Below are positions 52,375 to 64,000 of a stretch of DNA of 64,000 nucleotides, piece by piece. The DNA is from Nymphaea colorata. Its lineage: Eukaryota. The position numbers were made by a program, and so were the translations under genes. Location: positions 11,594,001 to 11,658,000 of the forward strand of contig NC_045138.2 of the NCBI RefSeq assembly GCF_008831285.2, read 5' to 3'. A model generated the notes under the pieces. The model was not told the origin of the DNA. It searched no databases and saw only the letters and a list, made by a program, of their open reading frames with translations. Position 1 is the first letter of the stretch, and every line of letters starts with the position of its first letter.

Positions 52375-55300
52375 GGCCCCCTCAAGCTGAATGGCCTAGG
52401 AAGGACGTTAAGCTTGACATGAATAGATTCAAATGGTGAGCAAGCAAGGGGCTTGGTCAATGTATCAGCAAGCTGGTCAGTAGCAGGGACATGATGAATG
52501 GTAAGACGACAATTTTGCACATGATCTCGGATGAAATTAATATCAACTTCAATATGCTTAGTTAGTTGGTGAAAAACTGGATTGGCAGTCAATTGGACAA
52601 CACCTATATTATGACATAAGAGCCACGGAATGGTAGAGAGAGGGTGATGAAGTTCTTGTAAAAAATAAGATATGGAGAGAACTTCTGCCGCAGTGGAGGC
52701 CAACGCCCGGTATTTTGCCTCAGTACTTGAGCGGGCAACAGTATTTTGCTTCTTTGCAGACCACGAAACCAAGGAATCTCCAAGAAATATGACAAAGCTG
52801 GTAGTAGATCGTCGATCATCAGGATTCCCAACACAATCGACATCATAATATGCTGTAAGGGAAAGGCGCGAGGATGGCAGAACAAGAAACCCAAGATGAA
52901 GAGTGTGCTTAATGTAACACAGTATGCGTTTGACGGCAGCCCAATGAACAGTGGTAGGAGCTTTGGATAAACTGACAGACCTTGTTGAGGAGTAACCCTT
53001 GAGGAGTAAACTGGGCTTCAACTCCAAGAAAATAATGTAGATGCCCAAGATCTTTTATAGAGAATTCACACCCCATTTGACATATAAGTTGATGAATGGC
53101 GGCAGGGCAGCTTTCAGTGATCAATATGTCATCAACATAAATAAGAATAAAAATAGAATAAGAGCCCATAAATTTGAGAAATAGCGAAGTGTCAATCTTA
53201 GAGGCAGAGAACCCATTTGAAATGAGAAATGAACTAAGATGTTGAAACCAAGCTCGAGGGGCTTGCTTAAGACCATAAAGAGCTTTCTGAAACTTGCATA
53301 CATAATGTAGATATTGAGTGTTAACAAGGTCTTGAGGTTGTAACATATAAACATCTTCAGAAAAAGTATCATGTAAGAAAGCATTGTTGACATCTAACAA
53401 ACCACCCAATGGTGCGAAACAACAAGAGTAAGAACAATTCGAATCGTGGTGGGTTTAATCACTGGGCTAAAAGTTTCAAAATAATCAATGCTAGATTCCT
53501 GTGTATACCCTTTCGCCACAAGACGAGCTTTGTATCTGTCAATACTGCTATCAACTTTTTTCTTGATATGATAGACTCATTTATTGCCAACAATATTGTG
53601 AGAGGGATATGGAGGAACAAGAATCCAAGTTTTATTTTTCATCAAAGCATTATATTCCTCAAGCATGGCATTGTGCCATTGGGAGAGTTTAGAGGCTTGG
53701 CCAAAAGTTTTGGGTTCAACTTCTAAAGGCAACTCGGTAAGGTGAGTGATGTAACAGGGGTTGGGCTTAAGGGATCCAGTTTGTAAGAGAGTGATCATGG
53801 AGTGAGTTTTGGGGGCTGGAGGAGGGGATTCTGTAGGTAAAGATAGTGTGAGGGGAGATGGTGATGAAGGGGAAGGTGGTGTATGTGCGGTAATGATGGG
53901 TTCATGTGAAGGAATTGATGGTGGTGATGGTGAAGGTGATATGGGTGACCAGGCTGTAATGGGGAGAGGAATCTCAATTGGTAGAGAGAATGAAGAATAT
54001 GGTGACTGAGATTTGGAGGCAGATATGGATTTATAGGGGAAAACATTTTCATCAAAGATAAAGTGTGACTCTTCTCCATTTGACATGCTTCACACAAAGA
54101 GTCAAATTTATTGAAACTAGAAGGAAGCCCATATTTATGAAGAACATCTTGCACGATTTTCATGGAAGGATGTCAAGTTGCTCATGGCATTTTTGTTGCG
54201 TAGTCCATTCACCAAGTAAAGCTATTGGTTCACGCCCAATAGCTCTCAAGTGCAGCTTGTAGAGCCCGCGCTCATTGTTTTCCTTGAGAAGAACCTACCA
54301 TGTCTTGGCATCCTTAACATAACAAAATTGCGAGTGAAATTCAAGCAACACATCATTATCTTTTGTAAACTTGTGTACTGAAAGAAGATTTTTGGTGATA
54401 GATGGCACATGCAAAATATCTTTCATTATGAGCTTGGAATCAATATATGAGAAAACAGAGGTACCAATATGAGTAATGTTCAAACCTTGGTCATTTCTGA
54501 TGCGAACTTGATCTCCTCCATTGTAGTTGGATTGGATTGTCAAGTTGTTGAAATCAGACGTGACATGGTGGGTGGCTCCAGAGTCAGGGTACCATCCTCC
54601 ATGATCAAATGACTCATATACATCAATGGTATGTGCTTCAATAGATGGAGCGTCATCAATTTTCTGAATTTTATATGTTTTGCATTTCAGCGCACCATAA
54701 CCAGATTGACGACATGCTTGACAAACCATGCGACAATTTGCTGCAATATGACCATTATTTTCACGTGCAAAACAAGATCCAGCATGAGTTTTGGAAGAAC
54801 GATCTTGAGTTTTATTGCAACCTCTGTTATGCTTAAAACGATTTCCACCAAAAATTTGGTTTTTCATAGTAAAATTTGCTGATGGAGTTCCAATAGGGAG
54901 TATCAACTTCATCCAATTGCGCCTCATGAATAAGCAACATTGCAAGCAAATCTTCCAGATTAATAGGATCAACCCTAGTGTTCAACGCAGTTCTAAGAGA
55001 CCCATACTTTCCTGATGGCAAGCCAGTCATAATGCAGGTGATCAAATCATCATTATTCACTGGTTTGGATGCCAGTGCTAATTGGTGAGCAATACTTTTT
55101 GCTCTACAGAAATATTCCGAAATAATTTCAATGCCTTTTTTTAAATTCTGAAGTTGGTTTCTCAATTGCTGGATTCTAGCTCTAGAACGAGCAGCATACA
55201 TACGCTTGAGGGCATTCCATAATTCATGAGAAGAAGAAATTCTCACAACATGACTACGAACAAGATTAGTTAAAGATGAAAGAATCCAACTTAATAACAA

Positions 55301-55962
55301 TTGATCTAATCTATACCATTCATCAGATTTTGGATTGCGATGCTTTAGACCATTGTTATCATCAATCATTCAGATGGACATGGTTGTTTACCATCCATGA
55401 ATCCCATGAGATTATAACTCTTAAAGAGATGTGTAAACTGAGATTCCCAAATCAAATAGTTATCCGATGCAAGCTTAATGGAAAGCAGATATTGTAAATT
55501 TGTAGGCGCAGGAAGTACTGAAAAAATTTGACCTGTAGTTTGAGATGTGTCTGGTGTAGCAAACTCTGATGCATGATTGGCATTGTTTTCAGTCATTTTG
55601 AATGAAAAATCAGGACAACCACAAAATAATATCCTGGTCTCCTACAGAGAGAAAAGTCCCACTCGACTACTCTGTTCTTGCAGCCGTAAAGACCCACTCG
55701 ACTACTCTGTTCTTACAACCGTAAAGACCTGTGACACTTATAAATTCTGTATCTCTTCATAGGATTGTCCAAAAAATCTGCAAATTTGTTCAAAAATACT
55801 AAACACTTTTCCGAATCCAACGGCACCTAGCTCGACCTATGAGTCGCCTCCAGTCAAAAATGCGCCCTAGAGAAAGTAATGCTTGGAAGACCACTTGTAA
55901 AATGTCGGCTTCTGCCGATCAGAACCAACTTGCCGGTGAAAGCTTTTATGGCTCTGATACCA

Positions 55963-56238
55963 TAAAAGGGAAAGAAGCAAACACAGAGATTTTTAACGTG
56001 GTTTGACTCAGGAATGAGTCTACTTCCATGAACAAAATATTTCTCTCACACGCCTCAATCCTTTGTGTGAGGTTCCATTGACATTTAAAGGGATACAATG
56101 GTCATCCGTTTCCTAATTTTTAGGATCTTGATTGGCGTCAATATCTTGACGATATTGTCGATTATACACTTGATTTTCTTTCCTAATCTTCGTATCAACA
56201 AAACGACAACAATTTTTCCTCGAGCCTTATCTTCAATA
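55963..56238 (-). repeat. 5' LTR of Copia-2
   Basis: Directly adjacent to the PBS and flanked by the TSD GGAAA. Confidence 0.95.
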
Positions 56239-56606
56239 GGAAATATGATAATATTGCTCTCCTTTCGGTATCTTGAAAATGAAAATTCTTTCTTCTCTTG
56301 ATGATTGTGTATCACTTGTTTCAGTGTTTTGGGCTTTAAATTCTAGGTTGTAGGAAGTTTCTAGCACGATGAATATCTCTCAGGCACTGCAACCTCTTAA
56401 AAAATATTGTCCTGCATAGACAAATTAACTCAGTTTCAGGAAAGAACCTAATGCCGTCATTTTGGAAATGAGTCATAAATAAGTTTCTATAGACTGTCAC
56501 ATGCTGGGAGAATTACTTTGTCTTGTGTTTAGGATGGGTTGATTAATCACAGTGGGGTATAGCTGGGGAAGACTAAAAGTGAATTCTAGCATCTTCATGT
56601 GGAGTG

Positions 56607-56680
56607 AGAAACTCTGAAGGTGTGGGTTTATGGTGAGGAACTTAGAAACTCTGAAGGTGTGGGTTTATGGTGAGGAACTT
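56607..56680. repeat. Perfect 37-bp tandem duplication
   Basis: AGAAACTCTGAAGGTGTGGGTTTATGGTGAGGAACTT occurs twice. Confidence 0.95.
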
Positions 56681-57166
56681 CTGAGCAACTGTTTAGGGAA
56701 GCCTAGAAGATGCTGATTTGTAGTATTGGTTCCAAAAAGAATTGCAGGATGGCATAATCGTTTACAACATCAACTTTCCTTGTTGCGCAGTAAAAACTAG
56801 GTCTGATTTTGAGATGTGTAGTTTTAGATGCCAACTTAATGTTTATGAAAAAGGAGAGAATGATGGATTTCTTGAAGCATATGGGGAATTCAGTAGGTGC
56901 GGTATGGCAGTTACCTGCAGCGTTGGATTTAAATCTCTAAAAGTTCCACTTGCAAGAAGTATTGCATGTTAAGCATTGGTACATGAGAATGAGCCCAAAC
57001 CCCTTTTTGAGGGGCATAAAATTTTTATGAGAAAACTCTATTATAGGCGATTAGGGCCTGTGGGTAGATGGTGACATGAGCCATCCACACATTATGATGC
57101 AGTTTCTTTGTCATTCATGTATGATATTCATAGTTATAAGTTATAACATGTCACATTTATTTAATA

Positions 57167-57842
57167 CAATATTGTAAAAAACATATCGTAAGCCGTATCG
57201 GTTGGGCTTTAAGATACGTCATATCGTAAAATATTGTAACGTATCGTAACCATATCGTATTTTTTAAAAAACACTAATAATAAATCAGAAAAAATTGAAA
57301 AATTCATAAAAAAAATCAGTAAAAATAAAAAATAACAAGTTCTTCATAAAAACATGTCTTAGATAATGATAGACTTATTATTGCTATAAAGTTACGCGTT
57401 CCTCATTCATAGACATCAAAATTCATAACAATATCATTCTAAAACGAAATTTCATAACAATGAAATTTTGAAAATGTTCAATGCCAATACATATAAAATG
57501 AAAGCACTATTTACTCTCATTCATAATCTTCATCATCTTCATTTTCGTCCTCATCTCCATCTTCTTCTTCATCTTCATCTTCATGAATTTGAAGATCCTC
57601 ACCAACATATTCAGCACCAGCAGGTTCTCCTTCATCAACCAATTCTTCTGTTGCTTCAGCTTCAAGGTTGAAGCATTGAAGATATTCATAATCAAATATT
57701 GTAGTTGGTTCTTCCTCAATCCATGACTCTAGATCTTCAAAGTTTTCCAAGTTGATAGGATCAAACTGCGATGTGTGCTTCCTTGCTGATGCTTTTTGTA
57801 ATTGTTTATGTTAAATAAGAGAAAACTTGTTAATATATAATT

Positions 57843-57879
<37 letters not shown>

Positions 57880-58510
57880 CAAATGTAAATATTAAGCTAT
57901 ATTACCTTGTTTCAACCTCATATTATATCGAACAAAGACAATGTCATTCAACCTTTTATGTTCGAGCATATTCCTTTTCTTGGGGTGAATATGTTGAAAA
58001 ACACTCCAATTCCTTTCGCATCCACTAGCACTGCATGTCTGGCTGAGGATTTTAATTGTAAAACGAGCTAGGTTTGGACAATCAATCCCAAACCTATTCC
58101 ACCACAAATCTAAACAAAAATAAAACAAAGTTCATGTAAAAGTTAAAACAACATAAAAGAATCAAATATAACAAATGCAAAGTAAATTAAAAATTTCTAT
58201 GTATTTATCTAGACGCATGGTTGTCTTGGCTCGAACGGCACCAGGTTCTCCCATGTCCCCAAAACAGTTATCATATAGATCCAACTCATTGTGCACAACA
58301 TCTTGTTGTCTAGCATCTGTCACTAACACTGAAATACAATTTAACAAACCATGCGTGACTTTTCTTTCATTCTTAAATGTAGTAGAAAATCTAATTGCAG
58401 GATTTAGATAGTAAGGTACTACATGGAGAGGTTGATGAAGCTGTCTAGTCCACCTTTTATCTATAATCTTCTATATGGGCATATATAATTTTTTCTTTCC
58501 TTTCAAATGA
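57167..58510 (-). mobile_element. hAT transposon 3' portion (dimerization domain, acidic tail, subterminal repeats)
   Basis: LWWNRFGIDCPNLARFTIKILSQTCSASGCERNWSVFQHIHPKKRNMLEHKRLNDIVFVRYN. Upstream YYLNPAIRFS and RWTRQLHQPLH motifs. Clustered TATCGTA subterminal repeats at 57184-57260. Confidence 0.9.
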
Positions 58511-58999
58511 GCATAGTAGGTTGGTGCTCATTCTATTTATTAAGGCTGTTGGTATTTTATCCTTTATGTACTATTCGTTTTGTGATTTGAATTCTTTTCT
58601 GTAGATATGTATCTTGCTAATTACGGTGAATCTCAAGGGGTTTGTGAAAATGAAGCCTATAAACTAACATATAATTGAATGACTGACTGATTATTACCCA
58701 CACCACAAATAATAGGTCTCAGTATTTGATAAAGGGTACAGTGTGTTTCTTAAAAGGTGTTGGATACTAAATGCCTGCTTTCCGAGTATTGTATCCTCAT
58801 GCTTGCTCTCTCCTTTTGCTCATCTTATATTTCACAAAGTGCCAACTGAACATTGTCATTATGTAGTATCAAATCCCTTTTTTCTTTTCCTTTTAGGTTC
58901 ACTCATAAACATGACAAATATTTCCTTTTTTTCAGATTTATTCCATGAAGCTGTAAGAACTTCTCTCTACAGGGCCTTAGTAGTCGTTGATCAAGCAAG

Positions 59000-59015
59000 A
59001 TGAAATATAACCCAA
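59000..59015 (+). CDS. RPL26: 60S ribosomal protein L26 (uL24), coding exon 1 (16 nt, not in ORF track)
   Basis: ATG AAA TAT AAC CCA A|GTAAG gives MKYNP(R), the plant RPL26 N-terminus. Confidence 0.85.
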
Positions 59016-59092
59016 GTAAGTTTTTGGTGTTGTCTATGCTACTTGGACCATAAGCTTTTTAATGCTCATGCTTTCTTTGTTTGCTTATCCAG

Positions 59093-59205
59093 GAGTCACA
59101 AGCCCAAGGCGGAAATGCCGAAGGGCACACTTCACTGCACCTTCAAGTGTTAGACGCATTCTCATGAGTGCACCTTTGTCACCTGAGCTGCGTAACAAGT
59201 ACAAT
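59093..59205 (+). CDS. RPL26: RPL26 coding exon 2
   Basis: CCAG| acceptor, reads (R)[37 protein letters not shown], |GTAC donor. Phase-consistent. Confidence 0.92.
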
Positions 59206-59547
59206 GTACCCTCTCTCTCTCTTTCTCCCCCCATATATGCTTGTCTCTGTGTGTGTATGTATGTTCATAAATATCTCTTCCTCTGTTGTATATAAGTTAA
59301 TGTTGTCTTCCGCAGAAAAAGTGATCATTCTTTTGTAGGATCTGTTTAAAAGACCTGGGTTTTGGAAGTCAACGTTTTAATCAGGCCCTTTAATTGTGAC
59401 AGCTGTGGGGACTTTCTATTTTGGAAAAAGAAAGCACATGCTATTTGTCCCATGTTATGTCTGGATTAGTCAGTATGATAGCATCTCCATGATATTCTCT
59501 GATATTGTTGATGATATTTGATATTCATGATTTATTTTCTCTTTCAG

Positions 59548-59689
59548 GTGCGATCTGTGCCAGTCAGGAAAGATGTTGAGGTGCAGGTGGTCAGGGGGAC
59601 ATTCAAGGGAAGAGAGGGGAAAATTGTACAAGTTTACAGAAGGAAGTGGGTCATTCACATTGAACACATTACAAGGGAAAAAGTTAATG
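59548..59689 (+). CDS. RPL26: RPL26 coding exon 3 (KOW motif); final exon not found in window
   Basis: TTTCAG| acceptor, reads [47 protein letters not shown](G). Homology ends at G|GCAAGT, a GC donor. Confidence 0.9.
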
Positions 59690-60619
59690 GCAAGTCCTGT
59701 ACTCTTATTTTCATGTTATTTCATAATTTGTTTAGTCACACATCAAATTCTCATAGATTACTTTAATGATATGTAACATTTTGCTTTTAAGGTATGAGTG
59801 TTTCAATTGTTCATTCTGTTGGAAAAGGTTAATGGCATATCCGAGCCCTGCATTCATGCCTTTTTATATTGGCTATTTTTTTTCTCATTTCATTTGATTA
59901 CTATACTAGTTTCTGATAGACACATCTACCATTGTATGTGTTCAGTCAGTGACCACGGTGGCACATGCTGTTAATGACCACAAACAAAAGTTGGCTACTG
60001 CCACCTCTGCTTCTTGTATGCAACTAAATTTGTCTGATTTACTTCATGAATGTCATTCATCTGGATCTCGATGTCCAACTTGCTGGCCCCAGTTGCAGAG
60101 GTTAACCCTTATTCCAAGTCATGGTGCCTTACCAGCCAGAGGCTTAATATAAAAATATATGAAATCTGCATATCAATATCTGCTTTTGACCACCTTATTT
60201 CTCGGACTTGCTTTACCCCAAAATTCTGGGTTGCTACTTGGAAATTGGAACTAAGTCAGAACGTGTGGGTCTCAGCCTCTCTGAAATGTGTCCATCATAA
60301 CCTTTTGGAATTTGACAGTTTGAAAGTAAATTTTCTATTTTATTGATAGAGACATACGAGGTTCCTTTCCCCTTGGGGGAAGTCCATAATGTTTTGTTTT
60401 CCATTCATTTTCTTCTTGATGCAACCACAACCATGATCTGTGTTACTCTGGTCCAAGTAAGCTATGTCTTCCTGGTTCAATCTTGTTCCTTTCTATCCTT
60501 TGTTCTCTTCATTTGTTTTCTTATTAATGGAACCACAACAACGATCTTTGCTGAAAATTTTATTCTGTTCCAAATAAGGTAAGTCTTCCTGGTACAAACT
60601 TGTCTTTGTATCTGGCAGC

Positions 60620-61290
60620 TAGCAGATAATCCTCGCTATGACATTACCAGATAATACGTGATGACTTCTTTAGCCATCTTCTTTTTCGGTTCTCCAAGAT
60701 TTTTACGTTCACATGATTTTCATTTGGACGCCCTTTTTCGTGGAAGCTGTAAAAAAGGTCTGTCTGAAAAGAGATGGTTGGGCTTGTCACCCTATGTTTT
60801 GAGTATTTTGCAGGAGCTACGACATCATTCCTTGCGGCAACCATTGGGATCTTATGTTTGAGCAAAGAAGCCGAAAGCTCCAAAACTAGAAGTGTTAGGT
60901 CGACCATCATCTGCCGAGAAGGTGGGATCATTGCTCGAATGGTGAGAACAAAGAAGGGGCCTGACTCGTCTTGACCGAGAACTTTTCATCTGCTGCGAGA
61001 GAACCAATTCAATAAAGCCCTATAGGATGGCCTTGCTTAAACCTATTTGAATACCAGAAAGAGGAAGAGCTTAAAGCTAAAAATCTTGAGCCTTCCCTGA
61101 GAAATTCCCTATGGCTGGTTATTATTCAACGAGCCCTTAGCTACCAATGCCGCCCCCTTGGCAAAGAAAGTTATAGGGAAGAAAATTTCGGGTGAGAGGT
61201 CACGGTGAAATTTTCTTTGTGGAAACATCCGCCTGTTTTACCTTGTGGCACGTTTACCTGGTGCTCGTACGTGGTTCGATCAGATTGGGT
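60620..61290 (+). other. Probable nuclear copy of mitochondrial DNA (NUMT) containing a nad5 fragment at ~60806-60855
   Basis: TTTGCAGGAGCTACGACATCATTCCTTGCGGCAACCATTGGGATCTTA translates FAGATTSFLAATIGIL, matching plant mitochondrial Nad5 FAGAMTSFLAATTGIL as I recall it. Surrounding composition is more balanced than the flanks. Boundaries are approximate. Confidence 0.6.
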
Positions 61291-61559
61291 GGGAGTAGTT
61301 TTGTTAGTGTCAAAATCAGAATACTTAATATAAGAAAATTGCCTATAACTTGTTTTTTGTTTTTCGCATTACACTAATTTAATTTAATCATGTTTTTTTG
61401 TGGCCTCAAATGATTCGCATTATCCATCGGAGCTCTGGTTACCTTGTGGCACGTTTACCTGGTGCTCGAACATTAGGAGCACCTTTGCCTATAACTTCCA
61501 CTCATTCCGTCACCATCCTAACTAGCTAGGTTTGAATATATCGCTCATCAAAGAGTGTT

Positions 61560-63050
61560 ATTCTATAATGTCTGCCCAGCAATCGCCTTTTAACGTTAGT
61601 AAGCATTCAAACATCTATCCCACATTCATTTGCAAAGGTGCTCCTAATGGATTGAATACCATATCAACAGGTGTTGGGGTGGTGGGGTTGGGTTGGAGGG
61701 TGTAAGGGCCACCATGGCTCGTCTCTTCTCAAGAATCCATACATTCCTTATTAGTGTATCAACAGCTATCTCTCGAGCACAGTGTTTATGATCAACCTCA
61801 ATGGGAAAATGGAGCACTTAACAATACACCTTCACAGGTCAAGAAATAAATAATTCATATGATCTGATCAAATAATATTATATTACTATGGTTCAAGAGG
61901 AAGCACCAGTGTCCACTCGAACACTACAATGGAAGTGTGTTGAATCAAGAGCAGACTTATTGTGGTTGTTTCCTTCCCACTTTGAAGGGTCAAGTCGATA
62001 CAATCAGTATCACAATGCGAAGGGCTCCCTCTAGGAATATCTAGTACTTTCAAATTCATGATTATATTTCAGGCTGAACATAACATCCTTACACATCCAA
62101 TTCCATATGTTAGGATGAAAATGGTTGATGTAGTTAAATAGGAGGATCAATATGACTATAGCCTTTTGGTAGATTTATCAAAGAAGAAGACCATTTCATT
62201 TTGGTAGGCTGGTCCAGTCCATTGCTCTTCCCTTATACTAATTTCACTTTAGGAGGGTGGTTCACAGGTTCAAGCTTTATAACTTCATGGTATACCTATG
62301 CATTGGCAAGTTCTATTTGGAAGGCTGAAATTTCCTAACCACTACAATTTCTACCCCTATTAATAGTTCAACCCATTCTTTATTGCTGCTATGGAGCTTG
62401 GAAGCACAAGGAGATTTTACTCTTTGGTGCCAAGTAGGCAGTCCTATGGACTATTGTTGCTCTCCAAGGCGCTTTCGAACTAATAGGCTTCATATTACAT
62501 CAATTTCAACTAGCTTGATCTGTTCAGATGAGATCTTATAACGTAATCACATTCTCTGGTCCAATTGTGGTTTTTGTTTCCGTATTCCTGATTTATCAAC
62601 TAGGTCAGCATGGCTTGTTCATTGCACCTAGTGTTGGTGTAGCAGCTTATTTGAGTCCAGCCATTTAATCCAATGGTTTCATGGACTTTGAACCCATCTC
62701 ATATGATGGGCTGGAATATGAGTGATGCTCTGCTATGGGCTTGTCGTGGTGCTACTATAAAAAATACTTATTCTAGGATGGTGATAGCGCAAATACATTC
62801 CATGCCTTTAACCCAGCTGAAGCTGGAGAGACCTAGTTTATAGTCACAAATTTTTGGACTTGCTTTCTCCAATAAATGTTGGTTACATTTCTTTATGTTA
62901 TTTGTACTAGTCACTTGTTTACAGATGAGTGCTCTTGAGGTAGTTGGTCCATCTTTGAACCTATGTGAAATTGAATCCATTTAGGTTGAATGGCACAGTG
63001 CTGATACCTAAAGTGGTGAACCATATACCTACAACATGCCAAGCAGCTAG
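61560..63050 (+). mobile_element. Possible highly decayed LINE 3' region
   Basis: Scattered resemblance to L1 zf-RVT motifs ([12 protein letters not shown] at ~62310, LLWC at ~62420). No intact ORF. Confidence 0.3.
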
Positions 63051-64000
63051 GAAGAAGGGACGAGAGACCATAGAACTCCTTGGATCATCTAGTACAGATC
63101 ATCCAATTCACAATTTTTTTTCCTTCAGAATTGAATCCATTTAGGTTGCATGATAACATATAAGTACCTTATACGCCAATCTAGTTGATCCACATTTTTC
63201 GGTTTGGGCAATAGTTGTACATATGCCTCACTTCTTTCTTGGCATAAACCCTAGGCAAGCTCTGCGAATTAGTGGATTTTAAATATTTTACTCACAATTT
63301 TTCATTCCAGATTATCTACACTACATGCTAACGCATTAAAACTCACGATAACAAGCCTATAACCTAACTGAATATGCCGTGGAAACAATGAGGGCTTTTT
63401 GTACTACGTTCATACTTTTCATGAAATTTAGAGTTGAATCATTACTATGGCGACACCAATTTACGCATACACAATTGATTTATATGCATGCTTGATTGAA
63501 TTACATATCAACAGGAAACAAACGTATCACACAAGGCTAATCAAAGATTACAAGTAACATGCATATTATATCTGGCAATTCTAAACCAACACATAATTAT
63601 GCATGCCTACAGAAACTAACATGTACATTCTGAACAATGAGACATGGTGCACCCCTGAAAGGTGTGTAGGATACAGAGGACCATTGTGCAGTTTATGGCC
63701 ACTACAAAACGAGTACCAAGAATATAAATAACTTGGAGTAACCCAGCCATGACTCTAGCAAGAGGTGTCAATTTCAGCATAGCTGTTGCAGTAGCAAAGT
63801 CCCAAATTCTAGCACCATTGGACAGGGAACAGGTTCTCGTTAGTAGCCTGGGGGACAACTCCTTTATATCTACAGAACTCTAGACCTGTGCACCACCCAT
63901 CGAACTCTTTTATAGCAAGCTTGGCTAGCATCTAGTCGGTTATCGGTTTCATCAATACATCTCATATTTTATGATAGAAGGGCATTACCCACGTCATGCA

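Larger units (their letters stand above)
52096..56238 (-). mobile_element. Ty1/Copia LTR retrotransposon, decayed and internally deleted, with TA...TA LTR termini
   Basis: LTRs at 52096-52374 and 55963-56238. TSD GGAAA (52091-52095, 56239-56243). PBS TGGTATCAGAGC (55951-55962). PPT TTGAGGGGGCC. Gag (KLASDNYLIW, DQLLLSWILSSL), protease (WYPDSGATHHV), RT ([16 protein letters not shown]) and RNase H remnants. Confidence 0.96.

Noticed and set aside
59945..60560. Candidate RPL26 last exons (TTVAHAVN..., NGTTTTI...)
   Set aside because: No convincing similarity to the conserved C-terminus. The latter belongs to a diverged ~108-bp local duplication.
63616..63858. 80-aa ORF near the right edge
   Set aside because: No recognisable protein family in any frame examined.
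1..64000. CRISPR arrays, tRNA/rRNA genes or prokaryote-type operons
   Set aside because: None seen. Repeats are two- or three-copy duplications, microsatellites or TE termini, and the genes carry spliceosomal introns.

Overview
Plant (angiosperm) nuclear DNA, AT-rich and dominated by transposable elements. Three host genes are supported by spliced, phase-consistent exons. (1) The 5' part of a GH36 seed-imbibition protein/alkaline alpha-galactosidase gene (SIP2/RFS2-like, minus strand, coding exons 1-4), which continues off the left edge. (2) A complete two-exon FBW2/SKIP1-like F-box/LRR gene (minus, 281 aa). (3) The first three coding exons of an intron-containing 60S ribosomal protein L26 gene (plus); its last exon was not found. 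Mobile elements include a young Copia (8387-13709, TSD AGTTT) nested in a decayed hAT inside SIP2 intron 1, whose RT catalytic core is replaced by about 300 bp of foreign DNA. An older, internally deleted Copia (52096-56238, TSD GGAAA) has non-canonical TA...TA LTR termini. Also present are a deleted PIF/Harbinger element with TIRs, a decayed near-full-length L1 LINE beside a plant-mobile-domain (PMD) pseudogene, further hAT, Copia, Gypsy-LTR and TRIM-like remnants, and a probable mitochondrial insertion with a nad5 fragment and a templated-filler junction. I found no clearly new biological system. The best leads are the RT-core-swapped Copia, the TA...TA Copia, the intron-bearing RPL26 and the NUMT junction. 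All alignments and counts were made by eye and no database searches were run.
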